Assembly (NCBI RefSeq): GCF_000017305.1
Contig: NC_009664.2
Coordinates: 1,800,001-1,832,000 of the forward strand
From: Kineococcus radiotolerans SRS30216 = ATCC BAA-149
GTDB taxonomy: Bacteria; Actinomycetota; Actinomycetes; Actinomycetales; Kineococcaceae
Length of the DNA: 32,000 nt
Direction of reading: 5' to 3'
Position 1 is the stretch's first letter; every line of letters starts with the position of its first letter. Below the pieces are notes generated by a model. That model was not told the DNA's origin, made no database searches, and was given only the letters and a program-made list of their open reading frames with translations. The translations under genes and the position numbers were made by a program. Shown in pieces: positions 25,220-32,000 of this stretch.

Positions 25220-25846
25220 TCAGCAGGCGGCCGCGGGGTCCACCGGTGGAGCCGGGGCGACGAGCGCGTCCTCCGCCAGCAGGTTCTGGTACCCGTCGCC
25301 CAGGCTCAGCGTCACGGCCGTCGCGGCCGGGTCCGCGACCAGCTGGGCCCCGGGGAACCGCGCCCCCACCGTCACGGCCTGGGCCAGCGACGCCTCGGGG
25401 TAGGTGACGACCGCGGTGGCCGGCCCGGTCGCCGCCGGGGCGTTGCCCACGTCGGGGACGACGAACCCCCGCGCGCGCAGCTCACCGGCGACCGTGGCCG
25501 CCAGCCCCCGCCGGCCGGTGCCGTTGAGGACGTCGACGGTCACCTCGGCCGGGGCCAGCAGGGGCGGGGCGGCGGGCGGGACGCAGCCGGGGGTGGGGAC
25601 CGCCGCCGAGGGGGTCGCGCTCGACCCGGGCTGCCAGCGGTCGGTGTAGATCAGCCCGGCCGCCGCGCCCGCGCCCAGCACGGCCAGGACCACGACCGCG
25701 AACACCACGCGCTGGCGGACCAGCCGGGCCCGGCGCGTCCCCGCCAGCCGGCGGTGGGACTCCTCGTCGAGGTCGTCCTCGACCTCGGGGAGCACCCCCT
25801 CCTCGCGCGTGCGCTCGTCCTGCTCGTCCTCGTACCGTCGTGCCAC
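25220..25846 (-). CDS. LytR_C (LytR cell-envelope-related C-terminal) domain membrane protein
   Basis: 208 aa. An acidic N-terminus and one TM span are followed by VTVDVLNGTGRRGLAATVAGELRARGFVV...VTLSLGDGY, typical of LytR_C. Confidence 0.8.
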   Translation of the reverse strand: MARRYEDEQDERTREEGVLPEVEDDLDEESHRRLAGTRRARLVRQRVVFAVVVLAVLGAGAAAGLIYTDRWQPGSSATPSAAVPTPGCVPPAAPPLLAPAEVTVDVLNGTGRRGLAATVAGELRARGFVVPDVGNAPAATGPATAVVTYPEASLAQAVTVGARFPGAQLVADPAATAVTLSLGDGYQNLLAEDALVAPAPPVDPAAAC

Positions 25847-25903
25847 CGTTCCCCCTCGATCGCCCCACGACCCCGCGCTCCCCGTGACCGGGGCGCCCCG
25901 GCC

Positions 25904-26203
25904 TCAGTCCGGCAGCGTCAGCACCCGGGCGTGCAGCACCTGGCGCTGGTGCAGCGCGGCCCGCACCGCGCGGTGCAGGCCGTCCTCCAGGTAGAGCCGC
26001 CCCCGCCAGGAGACCACGTGCGCGAACAGGTCGCCGAAGAACGTCGAATCCTCCGCCAGCAGGGCGTCGAGGTCGAGCGTGCGCTTGGTGGTCGTGAGCT
26101 CCTCCAGCCGGACCTGCCGGGGAGGGACCTTGGACCAGTGGCTCGTCGTCTCGTAGCCGTGGTCGGGGTACGGGCGTCCGTCGCCGACGGCCTGGAAGAT
26201 CAC
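25904..26203 (-). CDS. Conserved-looking small hypothetical protein (99 aa); possible ParB/Srx-like DGxHR motif
   Basis: VIFQAVGDGRPYPDHGYETTSHWSKVPPRQVRLEELTTTKRTLDLDALL...RGRLYLEDGLHRAVRAAL. The track ORF extends to 26389 but would overlap tRNA-Ser(GGA). GTG 26203 is the first usable start after the tRNA, with no clear SD. Confidence 0.5.
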   Translation of the reverse strand: MIFQAVGDGRPYPDHGYETTSHWSKVPPRQVRLEELTTTKRTLDLDALLAEDSTFFGDLFAHVVSWRGRLYLEDGLHRAVRAALHQRQVLHARVLTLPD

Positions 26204-26287
26204 GGTGGTGGATTCTAGGGGCCCGCACGGCCCCCTCCCGGGAGCCGCACCGCGAGCGGTGCGCCCCGGTGTCCCCGGGGACGACGA

Positions 26288-26318
26288 AGGCCCGCCCCCG
26301 GTGAGCGGGGACGGGCCT
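26288..26318 (-). terminator. Hairpin after tRNA-Ser(GGA)
   Basis: Minus-strand aggcccgtccccg-ctcac-cgggggcgggcct gives a 13-bp stem with one G-U pair. Confidence 0.5.
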
Positions 26319-26325
26319 CGTGAGG

Positions 26326-26410
26326 CGGAGGATAGGGGATTTGAACCCCTGAGGGCGTTAACCCAACACGCTTTCCAAGCGTGCGCCATAGGCCACTAGG
26401 CGAATCCTCC
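26326..26410 (-). tRNA. tRNA-Ser (anticodon GGA)
   Basis: The reverse complement is GGAGGATTCGCCTAGTGGCCTATGGCGCACGCTTGGAAAGCGTGTTGGGTTAACGCCCTCAGGGGTTCAAATCCCCTATCCTCCG. The anticodon loop is TTGGAAA. Confidence 0.93.
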
Positions 26411-26419
26411 AGTGCCCCC

Positions 26420-26449
26420 AGCGTAGCGTGCCCCGGCGAGTGCTTCCGA
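26420..26449 (-). promoter_or_regulatory. Candidate promoter of tRNA-Ser(GGA): TCGGAA-N18-TACGCT
   Basis: On the minus strand, the -10 hexamer spans 26425-26420 and the -35 hexamer spans 26449-26444. The -10 ends 9 nt before the tRNA 5' end. Confidence 0.35.
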
Positions 26450-26483
26450 CCGGGAGGGTGCCGGGGGTGGGTGCGGGGGGCGG

Positions 26484-26513
26484 TTGGACCCCGTCCCCGT
26501 CGTCTCGTACAGT
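26484..26513 (+). promoter_or_regulatory. Candidate promoter of SRP RNA: TTGGAC-N18-TACAGT
   Basis: The hexamers lie at 26484-26489 and 26508-26513. The predicted start at about 26520 coincides with the 5' arm of the SRP RNA terminal helix. Confidence 0.45.
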
Positions 26514-26519
26514 GGTCTC

Positions 26520-26612
26520 AGACCCCTCGTGCGGCGTCATCCCGCTGAACCCCCCCAGGGCCGGAAGGCAGCAAGGGTAGGTGGGCCCTGGCGGGTGTGC
26601 GGGGGGTCCCTC
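26520..26612 (+). ncRNA. ffs: Signal recognition particle RNA (small/4.5S type)
   Basis: The conserved domain IV core CCAGGGCCGGAAGGCAGCAAGGGTAGGTGGG compares with E. coli ...CAGGUCCGGAAGGAAGCAGCCAAGGCAG.... The terminal helix is GACCCC.../...GGGGGGTC. It sits in the canonical position upstream of dnaX. The ends are approximate, within about 5 nt. Confidence 0.85.
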
Positions 26613-26667
26613 GTTCCCCCGGCCGGACCGGTCCCCCCTGTCCTGGGGGCGGGCTAGCCTCGACCCC

Positions 26668-28806
26668 GTGACGACCGCCCTGTACCGCCGCTACCGGCCC
26701 GAGACGTTCGAGCAGGTCATCGGGCAGGAGCACGTCACCGCGCCCCTCATGCAGGCCCTGAGCAAGGGCCGGGTCACCCACGCCTACCTCTTCTCCGGCC
26801 CGCGCGGCTGCGGGAAGACGACGAGCGCGCGGATCCTGGCCCGCTGCCTGAACTGCGCCCAGGGACCCACGCCGACGCCCTGCGGGGAGTGCGACTCCTG
26901 CGTCGACCTCGCCAACGGCGGACCGGGCAGCATCGACGTCGTCGAGATCGACGCGGCCAGCCACAACGGCGTCGACGACGCCCGCGACCTGCGCGAGCGG
27001 GTCTCCTTCGCCCCCGCGCGCGACCGCTTCAAGGTCTACATCCTCGACGAGGCGCACATGGTCTCGCCCCAGGGCTTCAACGCCCTGCTGAAGACCGTCG
27101 AGGAACCGCCGCCGCACGTGAAGTTCGTCTTCGCGACCACGGAGCCGGACAAGGTCCTCACCACCATCCGCTCCCGCACCCACCACTACCCCTTCCGGCT
27201 GGTGCCGCCGGGGCAGCTCACGGCGTACCTGGCCGAGCTCGCCGAGCGCGAGGGCGTGCGCATCGGCAAGGGCGTCCTGCCGCTGGTGGTGCGCGCGGGC
27301 GGGGGCTCGGTCCGCGACACCCTCTCCGTCCTGGACCAGCTCATCGCCGGCGCCGGCGACGAGGGCGTCACCTACGACATCGCGGTCTCCCTGCTCGGCT
27401 ACACCCACGCCTCCCTGCTGGACGACGTCGTGGAGGCCCTCGCGGCCGGGGACGGGGCGACGGTGTTCCGGGCGGTCGAGCGGGTCGTGGACACCGGCCA
27501 GGAGCCGCGGCGCTTCGCCGACGACCTGCTGCAGCGGCTGCGGGACCTGGTGATCGTCGCCGCCGTCGGGGACGCCGCCGCCGACGCGCTCGCCGTGCCG
27601 GAGGACGCCCTGGACCGCCTGCAGGCCCAGGCCTCGCACCTGGGACGCGCGGAGCTCTCGCGCGCGGCCGACGTCGTCGCCGCCGGCCTGGAGCAGATGA
27701 CGGGGGCCACCTCCCCCCGCCTGCAGCTGGAGCTGCTCTGCGCCCGGCTGCTGCTGCCCGGCGCCGACGCCGACGGCGGGCTGGGCCCGCGGGTGGACCG
27801 GATCGAACGGCGCCTGAGCGCCGGGCTGCCGCTCTCGGCGACCCCGGCCGCCGTCCTGGCCCCCGCGCCCCGGCCCGAGCCCGCCCCGCCCGCCCCGGCG
27901 CCCGTCGTCGAGGCGGCGCCCGCCGCGCCGGTCGCGGAGGCCGGGGGGCGTCCCGCCGCGCCGGGTCGCGCCGCGGCTCCCGTCCCGGTCCCCACCGACC
28001 CCTGGCCGGCCGCCCGCACCCCCGGCGCCGCCCCCGCCGCGAGCGCGGCCCCGGTGCCGGCCCTGGCCCCGGTGGCGCCCGAACCCGCGCCGCAGCCCGC
28101 CGGCCCCGCGCCCGGCGGCGACGTCGAGGCGGTCCGCCGGCTGTGGACCGACGTCCTGGCCAAGCTGTTCACCCTCAAGCGCACGACGTGGTCGCTGGTG
28201 GCCGAGAACTCCACCGTCGCCGACTTCCGCGGCGGGGTCCTGACCCTGCAGTTCAGGACCCCCGGGCTGGCCGCGACCTTCGCCCGCGCCAACCACGCCG
28301 GGTTCGTCGGCGAGGCGCTGCTGGAGGTCACCGGCATCGAGGCGAAGGTGCAGGCCGCCGGCGCCCCGGGCGGGGAGACCGGCGGTGGGCGCGCGCCGGC
28401 GCGGCAGAGCCGCGGCGGCTGGTCCACCCCCGCCCCGCAGGCCCCCGCCGAACCCGCGCGCCGCCCCGCGCCCGCGGCCCCCGCCGCGCCGCCGCCGGCC
28501 GCCCGGGCCACCCCCGACCCGGTCTCCCCGCCCCCCGGGACGACGGCCCCCGGGGCGGGCAACTCCTACTACGACGACGTCCCCCCGCCGGACGAGCCCG
28601 TGGAGGACCCGGGCGAGGAGCACCTCTCGCGCCCCCGCCGCCAGCCGGCGGCACCGGCGCCCGCTCCCGCCCCGACCCCGCCTCCCCCGGCCGAGGACAC
28701 CCCCAGCCGGGACGACGAGGACGCCGATGAGGACTCCCAGCTCGTCGGCGCCGCGGTGGTCGAGCAGATCCTCGGCGGGAAGGTCATCTCGACCGACGAG
28801 ACGTAG
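26668..28806 (+). CDS. dnaX: DNA polymerase III subunit gamma/tau
   Basis: VTTALYRRYRPETFEQVIGQEHV, Walker A GPRGCGKTTSAR, a Zn module CGECDSC and Walker B ILDEAHM, followed by a long Pro/Ala-rich linker. I chose GTG 26668 because the track start at 26581 would lie inside the SRP RNA. Confidence 0.95.
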   Translation: MTTALYRRYRPETFEQVIGQEHVTAPLMQALSKGRVTHAYLFSGPRGCGKTTSARILARCLNCAQGPTPTPCGECDSCVDLANGGPGSIDVVEIDAASHNGVDDARDLRERVSFAPARDRFKVYILDEAHMVSPQGFNALLKTVEEPPPHVKFVFATTEPDKVLTTIRSRTHHYPFRLVPPGQLTAYLAELAEREGVRIGKGVLPLVVRAGGGSVRDTLSVLDQLIAGAGDEGVTYDIAVSLLGYTHASLLDDVVEALAAGDGATVFRAVERVVDTGQEPRRFADDLLQRLRDLVIVAAVGDAAADALAVPEDALDRLQAQASHLGRAELSRAADVVAAGLEQMTGATSPRLQLELLCARLLLPGADADGGLGPRVDRIERRLSAGLPLSATPAAVLAPAPRPEPAPPAPAPVVEAAPAAPVAEAGGRPAAPGRAAAPVPVPTDPWPAARTPGAAPAASAAPVPALAPVAPEPAPQPAGPAPGGDVEAVRRLWTDVLAKLFTLKRTTWSLVAENSTVADFRGGVLTLQFRTPGLAATFARANHAGFVGEALLEVTGIEAKVQAAGAPGGETGGGRAPARQSRGGWSTPAPQAPAEPARRPAPAAPAAPPPAARATPDPVSPPPGTTAPGAGNSYYDDVPPPDEPVEDPGEEHLSRPRRQPAAPAPAPAPTPPPPAEDTPSRDDEDADEDSQLVGAAVVEQILGGKVISTDET

Positions 28807-28853
28807 CCGCCCGCGCGGCGGGCGGTGTCGGTGCGGGCACGTAGTCTCGTCGC

Positions 28854-29453
28854 GTGTACGAAGGAGTCGTCCAGGACCTCATCGACGAGCTCGGTCGGCT
28901 CCCCGGCGTGGGACCGAAGAGCGCCCAGCGCATCGCGTTCCACCTGCTCGCCGCCGACGCCGTCGACGTCAAGCGCCTCGCCGACGTCCTCACCGAGGTC
29001 AAGAGCAAAGTCCGCTTCTGCGAGGTCTGCGGCAACGTGGCCCAGGAGCGGCTGTGCCGGGTCTGCCGCGACCCCCGGCGCGACGCCAGCGTCATCTGCG
29101 TCGTCGAGGAGTCCAAGGACGTCGTGGCGATCGAGCGGACGCGGGAGTTCCGCGGGCGCTACCACGTGCTCGGCGGCGCGATCAGCCCCATGGAGGGCAT
29201 CGGCCCGGACGACCTGCGGATGCGCGAGCTGCTCGCCCGCCTCTCCGACGGGCAGGTCACCGAGGCCATCATCGCGACCGACCCCAACCTCGAGGGCGAG
29301 GCGACCGCGACGTACCTGGCCCGGCTGCTGAAGCCGATGGGCCTGCGGGTCACCCGGCTCGCGTCGGGGCTGCCGGTGGGCGGGGACCTGGAGTACGCCG
29401 ACGAGGTGACCCTCGGGCGGGCGTTCGCGGGACGGAGGTCCCTCGATGGGTGA
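28854..29453 (+). CDS. recR: Recombination protein RecR
   Basis: 199 aa. It has the HhH motif [17 protein letters not shown], a Cys4 zinc finger CEVCGNV...CRVC, and Toprim ICVVEE...[12 protein letters not shown]. Confidence 0.97.
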   Translation: MYEGVVQDLIDELGRLPGVGPKSAQRIAFHLLAADAVDVKRLADVLTEVKSKVRFCEVCGNVAQERLCRVCRDPRRDASVICVVEESKDVVAIERTREFRGRYHVLGGAISPMEGIGPDDLRMRELLARLSDGQVTEAIIATDPNLEGEATATYLARLLKPMGLRVTRLASGLPVGGDLEYADEVTLGRAFAGRRSLDG

Positions 29454-30042
29454 GCAGCCCCTCCCCGGCCCCGCCGCCGCGGAGCCGGTGGGCCCCGAGC
29501 TCGCCGCCCTGGCCGCCGGCACCGCCGCCGGCGCGCGCGCGTACCTGTCCACGGTGACCGAGGTCGCGACCGGGCGGATGGACTCCACCGCCCTGTCCGT
29601 CCTGCTGCTCGCGGTGAGCCAGGCGCTGCTCAGCGGGGCCCACCTGGGGGCCGTCGCCGACGTCGTCCCCGCACGCCGCTTCGAACCCGACGCCGGGCCC
29701 GACCCCGACGTCGACCCCGTGCGCGCCGGGCTGGCCAACGTCCTCGACGGCCTGGACGACTACGCCGACGTCGTGGACCCCCTCACCGACGCGAAGCTGG
29801 TGCGCGGTGCGCTGTCGGACGACCTGGCCAGCGTCGCGGCCGACCTCGAGCACGGCCTGCGCCACTTCGAGCGCGGCGACGTCACCGAGGCCCTGTGGTG
29901 GTGGCAGTTCTCGTACCTGTCCTCGTGGGGGTCGCGGGCCAGCGCCGCGCTGCGGGTCCTGCAGTCGCTGCTGGCCCACCTGCGCCTCGACGTCGACGCC
30001 GAGGTCGTCGCGGACGCCGAGTTCGACGCCCTGCACCCCTGA
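29446..30042 (+). CDS. DUF5063 domain protein
   Basis: 198 aa. ...[40 protein letters not shown]... is characteristic of the family usually found after actinobacterial recR. The start overlaps the recR stop by 8 nt. Confidence 0.75.
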   Translation: MGEQPLPGPAAAEPVGPELAALAAGTAAGARAYLSTVTEVATGRMDSTALSVLLLAVSQALLSGAHLGAVADVVPARRFEPDAGPDPDVDPVRAGLANVLDGLDDYADVVDPLTDAKLVRGALSDDLASVAADLEHGLRHFERGDVTEALWWWQFSYLSSWGSRASAALRVLQSLLAHLRLDVDAEVVADAEFDALHP

Positions 30043-30151
30043 CCGCTCCCGGCACCGCCCGGCGGGGGCGGCGGGGCCGGGGGAACTGGACACCGTGCAC
30101 AGCCCGCGGGCCGGCGGGTGAGCACGGCCGGGAGCACGGCCCCCCGTTCCG

Positions 30152-30157
30152 TAGAAT
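30152..30157 (+). promoter_or_regulatory. Candidate -10 box TAGAAT positioned for a leaderless ask transcript
   Basis: TAGAAT ends 8 nt before the GTG at 30166. No SD is visible in between. Confidence 0.35.
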
Positions 30158-30165
30158 CGCTCGTC

Positions 30166-31454
<1,289 letters not shown>

Positions 31455-31458
<4 letters not shown>

Positions 31459-32000
31459 GCGAGAACCGCAAGCCCACCCTGGCCGTCGTCGGCGCCACCG
31501 GCGCCGTCGGCACCGTGATGCTCGGGATCCTCACCGAGCGCCCCGACGTGTGGGGCGAGATCCGCCTCGTGGCCTCCGCGCGCTCGGCGGGCAAGGTCCT
31601 GCGCGTGCGCGGCGAGGACGTCGTGGTGCGCGAGCTGACGCCGGAGGTCTTCGACGGCGTCGACGTCGCGATGTTCGACGTGCCCGACGAGGTCTCCGCG
31701 GTGTGGGCGCCGATCGCCGTCGAGCGCGGGGCCGTGGCCGTGGACAACTCCGGCGCGTTCCGGATGGACGACGAGGTCCCCCTCGTGGTCCCCGAGGTCA
31801 ACGGGGCCGCGGCGCGCAACCGCCCCAAGGGCATCATCGCGAACCCGAACTGCACGACGCTGACGATGATGGACGCCCTCGGCGCCCTGCACGAGCGGTG
31901 GCAGCTCACCGAGCTCGTCGTCGCCAGCTACCAGGCCGCCTCGGGCGCGGGGCAGCCCGGCGTGGACCGGCTCTACGACGAGATCGAGGTCGTCGCCGGG
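31455..32000 (+). CDS. asd: Aspartate-semialdehyde dehydrogenase, C-terminus beyond the window
   Basis: My translation from ATG 31455 is [26 protein letters not shown]...[13 protein letters not shown]...[12 protein letters not shown], with the active-site Cys in NPNCTT. The ATGA overlaps the ask stop. It is absent from the ORF track because it has no stop in the window. Confidence 0.95.

Noticed and set aside
26204-26389. Upstream extension of the 25904 ORF to 161 aa
   Set aside because: It would run through tRNA-Ser(GGA) and its terminator hairpin on the same strand.
26668-28806. A programmed ribosomal frameshift site producing gamma from dnaX
   Set aside because: I saw no A-rich slippery heptamer (the E. 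coli type is A AAA AAG) anywhere in this GC-rich gene. Nothing supports a frameshift-derived gamma here.
30043-30165. A lysine riboswitch or other leader element upstream of ask
   Set aside because: The intergenic region is only 123 nt, too short for an L-box, and it lacks recognisable conserved riboswitch cores.

Overview
This is a high-GC (roughly 70-75%) Actinomycetota chromosomal segment, densely coded and dominated by conserved core genes. I saw no transposase, integrase, CRISPR array or recognisable defence system.

Gene order, left to right:
- MFS transporter (partial) and acyltransferase-3
- topA, an NPPF SAM-methyltransferase, and the H+-pyrophosphatase hppA
- an anti-sigma kinase plus STAS antagonist pair (BldG-type), divergent from a DExH helicase with a DUF1998 Zn module
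- convergent with that helicase, a seven-gene Tad/Flp-like operon: CpaE/Ssd-like, secretion ATPase, TadB-like, TadC-like, a DUF4244 Flp-like pilin and two TadE-like genes
- a class B penicillin-binding protein, then tRNA-Ser(GCT) and tRNA-Arg(ACG)
- about 780 bp of repeat-bearing non-coding DNA
- a chimeric Lsr2-C-terminal-domain nucleoid-protein candidate
- a PH-domain membrane protein, a small membrane ORF that is not in the ORF track, and upp
- the tRNA-deaminase-associated protein, tadA and tRNA-Ser(CGA)
- a LytR_C protein, a small hypothetical and tRNA-Ser(GGA)
- SRP RNA, dnaX, recR (with no ybaB between dnaX and recR) and a DUF5063 protein
- ask (with a candidate internal beta-subunit start) and asd (partial)

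Many of the very long ORFs in the supplied track are Arg/Pro/Gly/Ala-rich off-frame or antisense artefacts of the GC content. Several real genes are only the C-terminal parts of those ORFs and start at GTG.

The synteny resembles M. tuberculosis Rv3646c-Rv3660c and the Streptomyces topA-bldG-helicase region. I therefore do not see a clearly new system. The best candidates for follow-up are:
- the mechanistically unexplained helicase/Tad-like neighbourhood, especially its pilin gene with a long in-frame repeat-containing leader
- the Lsr2-like chimera together with its unusually long, repeat-rich upstream region
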